DNA from: Ilumatobacteraceae bacterium
GTDB lineage: Bacteria; Actinomycetota; Acidimicrobiia; Acidimicrobiales; Ilumatobacteraceae
Length of the DNA stretch: 64,000 nucleotides
Reading direction: 5' to 3'
Assembly (NCBI GenBank): GCA_021299715.1
Contig: JAJTEL010000005.1
Span: 42,955 to 106,954 of the forward strand
Positions 1 to 8,611 of the stretch are shown here, piece after piece. Under the pieces are notes generated by a model. The model saw only the letters and a list, made by a program, of their open reading frames with translations, was not told the origin of the DNA and made no database searches. Each line of letters opens with the position of its first letter. Positions within the stretch are counted from its first letter, which is position 1. The translations under genes were made by a program, and so were the position numbers.

Positions 1-1937
1 ACAATTGTGGTCATTGTGCGAATGACTTTCTTTGTGTCTTCGTCGATAATTCGAATTACACAACGACCTGGATTAACCATCAATACAGAAGTAGTGAGGG
101 CAACACAGATACGTGGAGTGTTGGTACGAATGTCAAGGTCTTTTGCTTGCTTTGCTGTGAGAACAGTGAGCGCGCTGTCTGTTTGAGTAGCGGCTGGCAA
201 ACGGGTGGAGTACACCTTCTTGTCAACACGACCAGCAGCTGAACCGCCACCAATAACACCAGCTCCGTCACCACCGCTGGTAACGCCTTGAGCTGCATCC
301 CACACGGTGTACTTAACGCCAGCAGTCTGTGAGCCAATGGCTTTTGTCAAGATGACGCTTGCATGTTGGCCCTTTGCGTTGATGAATGACACGCTTGTTC
401 CACCAGAGTTGCACTCAGTCTGGAACTGCGTGGTCACGCCTTCACCCAAGCCGTTTGTGCCGTATGACGTGACAAGTCCTTCTTCTACTGTCATGTAGTA
501 CGGGTACGCCGTGGACTCGTAGTTGATTGGTGACGCGTTACAAATAAACGAAGTGGGACTTGTTGTAGTGGAAGAGAAGCCAGAGAACAAGAAGCCCTTG
601 GCCGTAGTTGCAATACCCAAGATGCTGTAACGCATATTCACGCTTGTTCCGTTTATTTCCACTTTTGATGGCAAGCCGGTCAGTGTCTTCAGACCATTTG
701 TGCCATTGGTGGTGTCCAGTTCACCCTTGGTGTTGAGACGCAACAGCGAGTAAGTAGGTGTTTGACCAGTACCAGAAGTGGTGATGGTATTCCATCGTCC
801 GTTGGAGTCGATGACCCAGCGACCAGGCCCCATTTGGCTACTGAAGTTTGCTGTTGCAAGGATCGAGCCGTCGGCCTTCAACGAGACCAAACCAGAACCT
901 GTGTACGTAGGGATGCCGCTTGTGCTACAGCCGTTATATGTTTCGTTCTGGTTGCCACCTGGTCGGGAAGTCTGACGCGAATACGTCTGTTTCCAGATCA
1001 ATGTGAAGATTTTCGGAGATGAGTTTGATGTAATCGACGTATCTACCGATCCCATTGGCCATGCATATCCACACTGAGTGGGGTCGTCGAAAGTCTTCAG
1101 AACTCCATTGGTTCCCCATGTGTTGTCGAGAACAAAACTTGAACCAGAGGCTTTGACAGCAAACAGAGCTTCGGTGCGGTATTCAGTCGAAGAGTTACCG
1201 GTGCTCGAATAGTACTGACATGACAGCGGCAGAATCACAGATCCATCGCCGCGAATAAAGGCATTAAACGAACTAGATGATGTGCTGCTAAAAGCCAGAC
1301 CTTGATATGTGGCGCCAAAGGTATCGGTACACATCGATCCATAAAAGTTTGTTGCGTTGTACGCAGCAAAGGTTTGGGTTGGGTCGTCGTTGGCTTGGAA
1401 GTATCGGAAGAAACTACGGGTAGCAGGAGCGGCACCAGTTGTTAGGTTGCCAATGGCGACGGAACCAATATCGGTCGAGCGAGCGTTCATTCCAGAGCCA
1501 GCGGAAACGTTCTTTGTGTATGACACAACGTATGTATTCGCGGTTTCATTAACCGTCAAGTTTTCGAGGCGATAACAGTTCCACGAGTTATTTTGGTTTT
1601 GCATGCATGTTGAGTTGCTTGCAGTGGGGTATTCAAATGCATCGCCAAGATCTACAGGCTTAAACGATGTATCTACGGTGAGATCTTCTTTGATTTTCCA
1701 CAGGTGAATATTGGCTCCTGCGGTGGATGCATCGATGCCGGCCACCAAGAACGAGTTGGTCTTGTTGAGGCGAACAATTCGCAAGATGGTGGCATTTGGT
1801 ACCGCAGTGGGTGCAATTGCTGCCACTGTTTTCACTGTGGCTTTACCGCTGGTGTTTGCGGATGCTCCAGTGGCTGTGAGCGTCAGACCAGAGATGGCAA
1901 CTGCCGCTGAGATGAATATGGATGAAAGACGACGCAC
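1..1937 (-). CDS. Secreted Asn/Thr/Ser/Gly-rich repeat protein (propeller-like repeats); C-terminus lies beyond the left window edge
   Basis: Absent from the supplied ORF track because it has no in-window stop. My translation of the minus strand from GTG at 1937 (AGGAG 7 nt upstream, in-frame TAA further upstream) is stop-free to position 1 (645 codons). The N-terminus VRRLSSIFISAAVAISGLTLTATGASA looks like a Sec signal peptide. Recurring motifs (RLNTKGELDTTNGTNGL, DGSILATANF) resemble delta-60/propeller-type repeats. Confidence 0.75.
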   Translation of the reverse strand, partial: MRRLSSIFISAAVAISGLTLTATGASANTSGKATVKTVAAIAPTAVPNATILRIVRLNKTNSFLVAGIDASTAGANIHLWKIKEDLTVDTSFKPVDLGDAFEYPTASNSTCMQNQNNSWNCYRLENLTVNETANTYVVSYTKNVSAGSGMNARSTDIGSVAIGNLTTGAAPATRSFFRYFQANDDPTQTFAAYNATNFYGSMCTDTFGATYQGLAFSSTSSSSFNAFIRGDGSVILPLSCQYYSSTGNSSTEYRTEALFAVKASGSSFVLDNTWGTNGVLKTFDDPTQCGYAWPMGSVDTSITSNSSPKIFTLIWKQTYSRQTSRPGGNQNETYNGCSTSGIPTYTGSGLVSLKADGSILATANFSSQMGPGRWVIDSNGRWNTITTSGTGQTPTYSLLRLNTKGELDTTNGTNGLKTLTGLPSKVEINGTSVNMRYSILGIATTAKGFLFSGFSSTTTSPTSFICNASPINYESTAYPYYMTVEEGLVTSYGTNGLGEGVTTQFQTECNSGGTSVSFINAKGQHASVILTKAIGSQTAGVKYTVWDAAQGVTSGGDGAGVIGGGSAAGRVDKKVYSTRLPAATQTDSALTVLTAKQAKDLDIRTNTPRICVALTTSVLMVNPGRCVIRIIDEDTKKVIRTMTTI

Positions 1938-2041
1938 GCAGAACTCCTGTGGCTGGTCAAGTGGTTGAACTGTCCGTCTATGACGGGACTGTTAGATAGT
2001 AGACCATAAGTCGGGGTTTTTAGACCAAAACTCCAATAGAA

Positions 2042-2989
2042 CTAGGAGAAAGCGGTCACTAAGTAGGTGGCTGCGGATAAGCCACTCAGGGCCGCGCCTT
2101 CCATTTTGGGGCCTGCGAATACATCGCCTGCCAAAACAACCAGACCGCCTGGGGCTGCCCAATAGGGATGTGGCCACGATTTCTGGGGAGTTGCAAAACG
2201 CCACTTCTTTGGCTGGCTCTCCACAACCTTGGCCTGGCCGAACCACGTGCGAGCAGCGTCGAGCAGGAGAGAGTGGATGGTCTCTATGTCATCCTCAAAG
2301 TGCTGAAGGCTCCATTCCGGATTCGCGTGGAATGTGAGGGCAGGGGCTTGGCTAATTCCTTTGGCCGAATTGTCGCCAATGAAGCTGAACACATCGTCGG
2401 GGAACTGAAGTCCACCGGGAGACGGAACGTTGTGGTGTGGAGAATCGAGGACTGCCAGAAGACCCAACGTGCGGTCGTAATCAATGGTGCGCAACTCGGC
2501 GGGCATTTCAATTCCTGCACCGAACAGAAGAGAAAACGATTGCGGTAACGGTGCGGTGAGAAGCACGGCATCACAGGTGTGTTTGATGCCGTCATCTGTA
2601 ACTACCGTGACGTCGTAGTCACTGCATTCCAGTGAGAACACCAACTTCTCTAAACGAACATCGAGACCTTCTGCAAGATGTTTTGCAATGCCCGACATTC
2701 CGCGTGAACCCACATAGCGCGGATGACCATCTTCGTTAGCAAAACCTTTGCACCATTCATGTGCCACTCCGGCTGCCACCCACCTATCAACGTGCGCTGC
2801 AAATTCATTTGTTCGAACCGTGAAAAATTGTGCGCCGTGATCGAGTGTTGCTGCATCAATTCGTCGTGTCGCCAGACGACCACCAACACCGCGACCTTTG
2901 TCGAAGACAGTGACTTGATGACCAGATGCAACAAGTTGGCGCGCTGCCATGAGGCCCGATAAACCTGCGCCAACAACAATGACGCGCAT
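2042..2989 (-). CDS. NAD(P)/FAD-dependent oxidoreductase (renalase/amine-oxidase-like)
   Basis: 315-aa ORF with dinucleotide-binding motif VVGAGLSGLMAA followed by FDKGRGVGGR. ATGA start/stop overlap with the upstream hydrolase gene. Confidence 0.8.
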   Translation of the reverse strand: MRVIVVGAGLSGLMAARQLVASGHQVTVFDKGRGVGGRLATRRIDAATLDHGAQFFTVRTNEFAAHVDRWVAAGVAHEWCKGFANEDGHPRYVGSRGMSGIAKHLAEGLDVRLEKLVFSLECSDYDVTVVTDDGIKHTCDAVLLTAPLPQSFSLLFGAGIEMPAELRTIDYDRTLGLLAVLDSPHHNVPSPGGLQFPDDVFSFIGDNSAKGISQAPALTFHANPEWSLQHFEDDIETIHSLLLDAARTWFGQAKVVESQPKKWRFATPQKSWPHPYWAAPGGLVVLAGDVFAGPKMEGAALSGLSAATYLVTAFS

Positions 2990-3834
2990 CAGACGTTCAC
3001 TGCTGCTGCGCCATGCGGAACAAAGACTCTCTCTGCACGTTTCAGAAAGTCGAGCAACACTCGATTGAACGTTGTTGCATGTTCAATGTGCAGACCATGT
3101 GCACCGCCACTGATGATGACAAGTTCTGCTGTGGGAATTCGCGAGGCGATCTCTTCGGCATCGCCACGTGGGGTGAGGATGTCTTGATTACCCACAACAA
3201 CCATTGTGGGGCACGCAATGTTTTCTAATTCGCTCGTGAGTTCGTAGCCCTCAGTTGCCAAGATGGCTTTAATTTGCGACACAAATGCACCGGCGGGATT
3301 AAACAACTGCAATGGCCCCATCCATCCGAGTGCGGGTAAGAGGCGTCGAAATGATCGCGGACCAATCATCCACCGTGCAGCTTCTTTTCCTACTGCGCCC
3401 ATGCCATCTGTTGCAGCAGTGGCAGCCCAACTTTGCAACAACTCTTCACGCCATTCGTGGTTTCTGCATGCGGTTGCAACGAGTGTGAGTGAACGAACTC
3501 TGTTGGGATGTTTTAGCGCGATGATTTGACTGATAGCGCCACCCATAGACAAGCCAACGATGTGTGCAGATTCAATTCCGGCAGCATCGAGAACAGCAAT
3601 TGCATCTTCCGCCATTTGTTCCAAGTTGTATGTGCCGTCTGGCTTATCGCTTTTGCCGGCACCACGATTGTCGAATGCAATGGTGCGGTGTCGTAATGCC
3701 AATGCAGCCCGTTGCAGGTTCCACGAGTTCTTTTCTGCACCAAGACCCTGCACTAAAAGAACTGGTGCGCGCTTGGTGAGTCCTGTGATTTCGTAATGAA
3801 TACGGACTCCGTCATTAGCAACTGCGAAGGGCAT
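2989..3834 (-). CDS. alpha/beta hydrolase
   Basis: 281 aa with nucleophile elbow GLSMGG. Translationally coupled to both neighbours (1-nt and 4-nt overlaps). Confidence 0.85.
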   Translation of the reverse strand: MPFAVANDGVRIHYEITGLTKRAPVLLVQGLGAEKNSWNLQRAALALRHRTIAFDNRGAGKSDKPDGTYNLEQMAEDAIAVLDAAGIESAHIVGLSMGGAISQIIALKHPNRVRSLTLVATACRNHEWREELLQSWAATAATDGMGAVGKEAARWMIGPRSFRRLLPALGWMGPLQLFNPAGAFVSQIKAILATEGYELTSELENIACPTMVVVGNQDILTPRGDAEEIASRIPTAELVIISGGAHGLHIEHATTFNRVLLDFLKRAERVFVPHGAAAVNV

Positions 3835-4805
3835 TACGCCACCTGTCGTTTCGCTGGAATTCGTTCAACGCTGGGCCACTCGTACAGCCAACGCACAACT
3901 TCAGTGGTGGAGTGGCGTGGCGCAAAACGCAACAAGTGTGCGGCTTCGTTTGATGCAGCAAGTCGACCGTGCTGAATTAGGTCGGCTACATGGTCCGGCA
4001 TGGGTGCACCAGCGAAGGCAGCCGTGTTCTTTGCCAACCACCAACCGGGACCGAATGAGGGGAGAGGGACACGCTTACCTAACGATGTTGCGCGCAACAT
4101 GCTGATAGCACCATTAGCCACAATGTTCACAACACCGTCAGCATTACGTTCTGCACCTTGCATGAACGCTGTTGCTGCGTCGTGATCTTCCACCACACAG
4201 AAGATGGGATTACCAATTCCGTAATACGGAACGGCTGGCAAACGAAGAATGCGACCGAGTGGGCTAGGAACATGCGCACCAAGAACAGGCGCAAGTCGCA
4301 ACGTACACACATTTACACCACGCGCGGTGCGAAGTTCAGTTGCTTGATCTTCAATCACTTTGCACATGTGACCGTATGTGGTGTTGGGATTAATGGGAGA
4401 TGATTCCACCGCGATGTCTGGTGAGTAGGAACCAGGACCATAAATTTCAATACCGCTGCGCACCACAACTGTTTCCAGTGCTTCCACTTCATGTGCGGCA
4501 TCGAAAACAGCTTTCGCTACAAGTTCTGTGCACTCTTCTGCTTGTGTCGTTGCCAAACGTGCATGCGGTTCCCACACACCAACGTGCAACAACACATGTG
4601 GATTGAATGTGTGAATTAACTCTGCAATGCGGTCGTGTTCGGTGGGATCAACGCGATGAAACTCTGCGCGAGTCAAATGACGACGCGGCGGGTCTACATC
4701 GAAACCCATAATGTCTCCGGCCCATTCGGTACGTTCCACCATGGACGCGACAAGTGATCCAAGTTCGCCACCCATTCCGGTGACTAGAACGCGACGGCCT
4801 TTCAT
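3834..4805 (-). CDS. NAD-dependent epimerase/dehydratase family protein
   Basis: Rossmann motif VLVTGMGGELGS directly after ATG at 4805 (MKGRRVLVTG). The first 52 codons of the 375-aa track ORF overlap the upstream gene and are rejected. Confidence 0.8.
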   Translation of the reverse strand: MKGRRVLVTGMGGELGSLVASMVERTEWAGDIMGFDVDPPRRHLTRAEFHRVDPTEHDRIAELIHTFNPHVLLHVGVWEPHARLATTQAEECTELVAKAVFDAAHEVEALETVVVRSGIEIYGPGSYSPDIAVESSPINPNTTYGHMCKVIEDQATELRTARGVNVCTLRLAPVLGAHVPSPLGRILRLPAVPYYGIGNPIFCVVEDHDAATAFMQGAERNADGVVNIVANGAISMLRATSLGKRVPLPSFGPGWWLAKNTAAFAGAPMPDHVADLIQHGRLAASNEAAHLLRFAPRHSTTEVVRWLYEWPSVERIPAKRQVA

Positions 4806-4827
4806 ACTGACACCAGTGTGGCAGTAA

Positions 4828-5337
4828 TCACCGCAGAGTGTGAACGTTAAGAATAAGTTCGCGTGCCCACGTGTCGAGCTGACGTCCACCAATACGTTCA
4901 GTGATGATGATTGCTTGTGATGGGTCGTCCACCATGCCACTCCAGCGGATGTATCCGCCAATGATTCCTAGCAAGCGGTCGCCCACTTCTTCAGCGTGCA
5001 TCATTAACTTCATATTGCGTCCAAGAAGGTCGTGCAGTTCTTTGTAGAACGCACGAAGGAATGCATCGGTGTCGTCTGCGCCACTTAATGGGCGATGCCG
5101 ATACGGCATGTTCAATTCTTCGTATGCATGAAGATTGTGTGGTGCGGCAATAATGGAAATGACAAGGTCGAAATGGTTTTCGCGCAGCCAGATAATTTCT
5201 TCTTGGCGACGAACACGGCGGTGATTCTCGCCGTATCCACCAGGGCGTTCGCAAATGGCGAGGCGGTCCTTAATGACCCACGTGAAGTTTCGGGGAGTAA
5301 TTCCCAATGCCCATTTTCCGCGAAGCTTCGGGGGCAT
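4828..5337 (-). CDS. Dual-specificity/PTP-like protein with Ala at the catalytic Cys position (putative pseudophosphatase)
   Basis: 169 aa. The P-loop-like segment MMHAEEVGDRLLGIIGGYI fits the H-C-X5-R spacing, but Cys is Ala (GCT codon at 4993-4995). Confidence 0.5.
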   Translation of the reverse strand: MPPKLRGKWALGITPRNFTWVIKDRLAICERPGGYGENHRRVRRQEEIIWLRENHFDLVISIIAAPHNLHAYEELNMPYRHRPLSGADDTDAFLRAFYKELHDLLGRNMKLMMHAEEVGDRLLGIIGGYIRWSGMVDDPSQAIIITERIGGRQLDTWARELILNVHTLR

Positions 5338-5394
5338 TCGGTTCTCCTTGTGTCTCGACCAATACAGGTAGGCGTATTTGCGCCGCAGGAGAAA

Positions 5395-6267
5395 CTACCC
5401 CAGGTTGTGCAGGGTGAGCCTCTGTTTGCTCCGACGAATTTGGCGGTTTTCTCCAATGTCACAGGCCAAAACCTCGCCGCGGGCCACGGAAAGCACCCGT
5501 TCCAATGTGGCAAGGTCTGGTGGATAGGGGTCTGACAGCCATTTTCGAAGCGCCCGATAGGCCAGGGGGGTGGGGGCGTTGGCGAGAGCCTTTGCGTCGG
5601 TGGGGTCAATGGCCTCGGCCAATTGGTCCAGCAAGTCGTTGTCGGCACGAAGTAGGTCGGCTGTACGGGACAGCAGGGGAACAGGGTCCCGGTTCGACAT
5701 GTCTGCCATGAGGGGGAGCAATTCGTGGCGAACTCTGTTGCGCAGGAAACGAGGGTCAGTATTAGTGGAGTCCTGAACAGGTTCAACTCCGAAGGCTGCA
5801 CAAACGGCAACGGTGTCGGCGCGACGTAGCGCCAACAATGGCCGAGTGTGTCCGGGTCGCATTGCAGACAGTCCGGAACTTGATGCACCACGTAACTGAT
5901 TAATAAGGACAGTCTCGGCTTGATCGTCGGAAGTGTGGCCTGTCATGCACCCAGGTGGAAGAACGGAATATCTTGCGTCGCGTGCACGTGCTTCAAGATT
6001 GGGGCCATCGTCCACCGTGATGGTGTGAACAACGACGGCGATTCCCCGCGGTTCAGCAACGGCATTCACAACGTTCACATCGAGAGCTGAGTCGGTGCGC
6101 AATTGATGGTTGACGTGATGCGCGGTGACGATTAAGCCGTGTTCATGTGCAAGAAGTAGAAGCGCAAGTGAGTCGGCACCACCAGAAACTGCGCAGTTGA
6201 CAGTTGTTCCTGCAACGGGGAAAGCACACGCATTCAGAATGCGGTGAAGAGAAAAGGAGGCGTCCAT
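5395..6267 (-). CDS. tilS: tRNA(Ile)-lysidine synthase
   Basis: PP-loop motif SGGADSLALL near the N-terminus. Start placed at ATG 6267 (MDASFSLH), because the longer track ORF would run through the small upstream gene. Confidence 0.85.
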   Translation of the reverse strand: MDASFSLHRILNACAFPVAGTTVNCAVSGGADSLALLLLAHEHGLIVTAHHVNHQLRTDSALDVNVVNAVAEPRGIAVVVHTITVDDGPNLEARARDARYSVLPPGCMTGHTSDDQAETVLINQLRGASSSGLSAMRPGHTRPLLALRRADTVAVCAAFGVEPVQDSTNTDPRFLRNRVRHELLPLMADMSNRDPVPLLSRTADLLRADNDLLDQLAEAIDPTDAKALANAPTPLAYRALRKWLSDPYPPDLATLERVLSVARGEVLACDIGENRQIRRSKQRLTLHNLG

Positions 6268-6295
6268 GCGTGGATGCGCCGAATAGAGAAGTGGC

Positions 6296-6490
6296 TTATT
6301 TCTTCTTCTGTATTTGACGCTGGCGACGGTTGGGGTAGCGGCTTGCGCTGACCTTGGTGATGTAACCAACGACGCCCTGAAGAACTGCGCCGATACCTGC
6401 GAGAAGAAGGACAAGGCCTACCCAGTAGTGCCATACATACGCTGCGAACATGGGAATAAGCGTAGCCAGTGCCACCTGAAAGTGGGGCAC
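6296..6490 (-). CDS. Small two-TM membrane protein with basic C-terminal tail
   Basis: 64 aa with two hydrophobic helices (LATLIPMFAAYVWHYW, GLVLLLAGIGAVLQGVVGY) and an RRQRQIQKKK tail. GTG start lies 8 nt after the anti-sigma gene stop. No family recognised. Confidence 0.45.
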   Translation of the reverse strand: MPHFQVALATLIPMFAAYVWHYWVGLVLLLAGIGAVLQGVVGYITKVSASRYPNRRQRQIQKKK

Positions 6491-6498
6491 TGCTGGGC

Positions 6499-6774
6499 CT
6501 AGGAGTTGGGACCCTGGTCTGAATCGTCGGTGGGGTCGTCACCCATGACCTCGTCGCCGAAGCATTCCTTCAGGCGATCGAGGAATCCGTCTGACAGTTC
6601 GTCTCGCTGAGCCTTTTCGCGGATTGATTGGCGAAGAACAGCATGGAATTCATAGGCCTCTTGGCAGTCGGTGCACCCTTTGAGATGTCCGAGAATTTCT
6701 TCTACACGATCGGCAGAAAGCTCTTCATCGAGGTATCGATGCAGTTCGTTCAGTGTCTCTTGACAGTCGGCCAT
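6499..6774 (-). CDS. rshA: Zinc-binding (ZAS) anti-sigma factor, RsrA/RshA-like
   Basis: 91 aa with H-X3-C-X2-C motif (GHLKGCTDC) plus N-terminal Cys (MADCQE). Lies 4 nt downstream of the ECF sigma gene. Confidence 0.8.
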   Translation of the reverse strand: MADCQETLNELHRYLDEELSADRVEEILGHLKGCTDCQEAYEFHAVLRQSIREKAQRDELSDGFLDRLKECFGDEVMGDDPTDDSDQGPNS

Positions 6775-6778
6775 GTGA

Positions 6779-7363
6779 TTAATCCTGTGGTGAGAGCAGG
6801 GACTCGTCGACGAGCCCGCGTTCCTTTGCGTATGCGTACAACAACTTCTGCATCATTTTTCTTCCCCGATGCAGGCGGGACATGACCGTACCGATGGGTA
6901 CGTCCAGCATTTCGGCTATTTCCTTGTAGGAAAAGCCGTCAACGTCGGACAAAAGGACGGGAAGCCGGAACATATCGGGCAGTTCCTCGAGCGCATTCTT
7001 CACTTCGTCATCTGTGAAAAGTTCTAATAATTGGTCTTCGGCGGACTGCGTCATTTTGGATTGATCGAATGCGCCAAGTCTGCGGAACAAGAACAGTTCT
7101 TCCACTTCGTCCATTTCGGTCTCTTGCGGACGCCGTTGCTGCGCGTTGTACTTGTTAATGAACGTGTTGGTCATAATGCGGAACAACCACGCGCGTAAGT
7201 TTGTGCCTTCTTGGAATGTTGCGTAAGAGCGCCATGCCTTGATGAAAGTTTCTTGAACTAAGTCTTCTGCGTCGGCACGATTACGTGTCATGCGCAATGC
7301 GGTGGAGAACAGTTGCGGTGCATATTGCATCGCATCGTTCGTGAATTTCTCTCGAGCCTCCAT
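6779..7363 (-). CDS. sigH: ECF RNA polymerase sigma factor, SigH/SigR-like
   Basis: 194 aa. Region 2 [12 protein letters not shown] and region 4 [27 protein letters not shown]. Paired with the ZAS anti-sigma gene. Confidence 0.85.
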   Translation of the reverse strand: MEAREKFTNDAMQYAPQLFSTALRMTRNRADAEDLVQETFIKAWRSYATFQEGTNLRAWLFRIMTNTFINKYNAQQRRPQETEMDEVEELFLFRRLGAFDQSKMTQSAEDQLLELFTDDEVKNALEELPDMFRLPVLLSDVDGFSYKEIAEMLDVPIGTVMSRLHRGRKMMQKLLYAYAKERGLVDESLLSPQD

Positions 7364-7373
7364 ACGTTATGAC

Positions 7374-7883
7374 CTAGCGATGTCGGCGCTTCTTCTTTGC
7401 AACGTATTTGTCTACAGATGTAACAAAACGTTCAAGAAACTCTGCAAATTGATGTTGCTCTGCTTCATCGAATTCTTCGAGAACCGCAAAGATGAGTTCG
7501 CGACGGCGCGCCGAGACTTGTTCGTGAATTTTTCGGCCGCGTTCAGTGGCGGCAATTGCAACAACGCGTCCGTCACCTTCGTGCTCGACGCGTTCTGCCA
7601 AGTTGTCTTTAATGAGACGCTGAACCGCGCGAGTGGCAGAACTTGGATCTATTCGGAGATACTCGGCCAGTTCAGCCATGCGACATGACGGTACGAGAAC
7701 GAGAAAATCGAGAGCATCCATTTGGCCGGGGTCGAGGGCGCTGCCACCAACACCAAAAATAGTGTCGCGCACATCGCTTGCAGTGGCGCCACGGCGTAGT
7801 TCACGCCATGCCTGTCCGATGCGCTTTGCCACTTCAAGTTCAAGGTCGGAATGGACCTCGTTCGGCAACTGTGTGTTTGTCAT
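7374..7883 (-). CDS. MarR family transcriptional regulator
   Basis: 169 aa with winged-HTH segment MAELAEYLRIDPSSATRAVQRLIKDNLAERV. Confidence 0.85.
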   Translation of the reverse strand: MTNTQLPNEVHSDLELEVAKRIGQAWRELRRGATASDVRDTIFGVGGSALDPGQMDALDFLVLVPSCRMAELAEYLRIDPSSATRAVQRLIKDNLAERVEHEGDGRVVAIAATERGRKIHEQVSARRRELIFAVLEEFDEAEQHQFAEFLERFVTSVDKYVAKKKRRHR

Positions 7884-7903
7884 GTACTTACTAGGGTAAT
7901 CCC

Positions 7904-8611
7904 ATGTCAGAGAGTGGTCATGGTCAGGACGTCCCGCAGACTCCTCTTGAAATGCTTGGTGTCATTGCCAGCCAACAGGCCAATTTGTCAACAACGTTGA
8001 GGCAACTTGAGTTGTACACAATGCGCGGACTTTTGTCCCTTTTGTGGCACGAACCCACGGGTAAGGCACGAAATGTGGCTGTTCTCATGATGGGCGGCGC
8101 CATGGGCGGAACTCTTGGTCCCGGCGACAGTCTGTATCACCAGGTGGGTGAAGTTCTTGCACAACAAGGCGTGCCATCCATTCGTATGAGCTATCGCAAA
8201 CCAAATGACATGGACAGGTGTTGTATCGACGCCGCGGCTGCCGTGCAGTTACTTGTTGGCAGCGGCGCTGACTCGGTCGTTCTAATGGGACACAGTTTTG
8301 GTGGTGCTGTTGCAGTGCGCGTTGGTGTTGGTCTTAGCGAGATGGTGGGTGGAGTAGTTACCTTTGCAACGCAGTCAGCCGGTTGTGAAGTTGCTGGCGG
8401 ATTACAAGGAAAACCATTGCTGATGTTCCACGGTGATGCAGATTCCATTCTTCCCGTTGAAGCAAGTGAAGTAGTGAAGGCAATAGCCGGTACGGGAGAT
8501 TTACATGTCATGCCAGGCGATGATCATTTACTTGCCAAGAGCCACGATGCAATGTTGGACATTGTGCTTCCATGGTTGAACACAGTGTTTGAAGGAGTTG
8601 CTGCAAAGTGA
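7904..8611 (+). CDS. alpha/beta hydrolase (dienelactone-hydrolase-like)
   Basis: 235 aa with nucleophile elbow GHSFGG. 4-nt GTGA overlap with the downstream sulfatase. Confidence 0.75.
   Translation: MSESGHGQDVPQTPLEMLGVIASQQANLSTTLRQLELYTMRGLLSLLWHEPTGKARNVAVLMMGGAMGGTLGPGDSLYHQVGEVLAQQGVPSIRMSYRKPNDMDRCCIDAAAAVQLLVGSGADSVVLMGHSFGGAVAVRVGVGLSEMVGGVVTFATQSAGCEVAGGLQGKPLLMFHGDADSILPVEASEVVKAIAGTGDLHVMPGDDHLLAKSHDAMLDIVLPWLNTVFEGVAAK

Noticed and set aside
5112-5891. 259-aa minus-strand ORF overlapping tilS and the phosphatase-like gene
   Set aside because: It is out of frame with a strongly supported PP-loop tilS gene on the same strand. Its Pro/Cys/Trp/Thr-rich composition is typical of a shadow frame, and it has no motifs.
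7364-7600. Search for a SigH/SigR-type autoregulatory promoter (GGAAT-N18-GTT) upstream of the ECF sigma gene
   Set aside because: I found no ATTCC (the reverse complement of GGAAT) on the plus strand in this interval. Only 10 nt separate the sigma gene from the MarR gene, so any promoter lies elsewhere and cannot be identified by eye.
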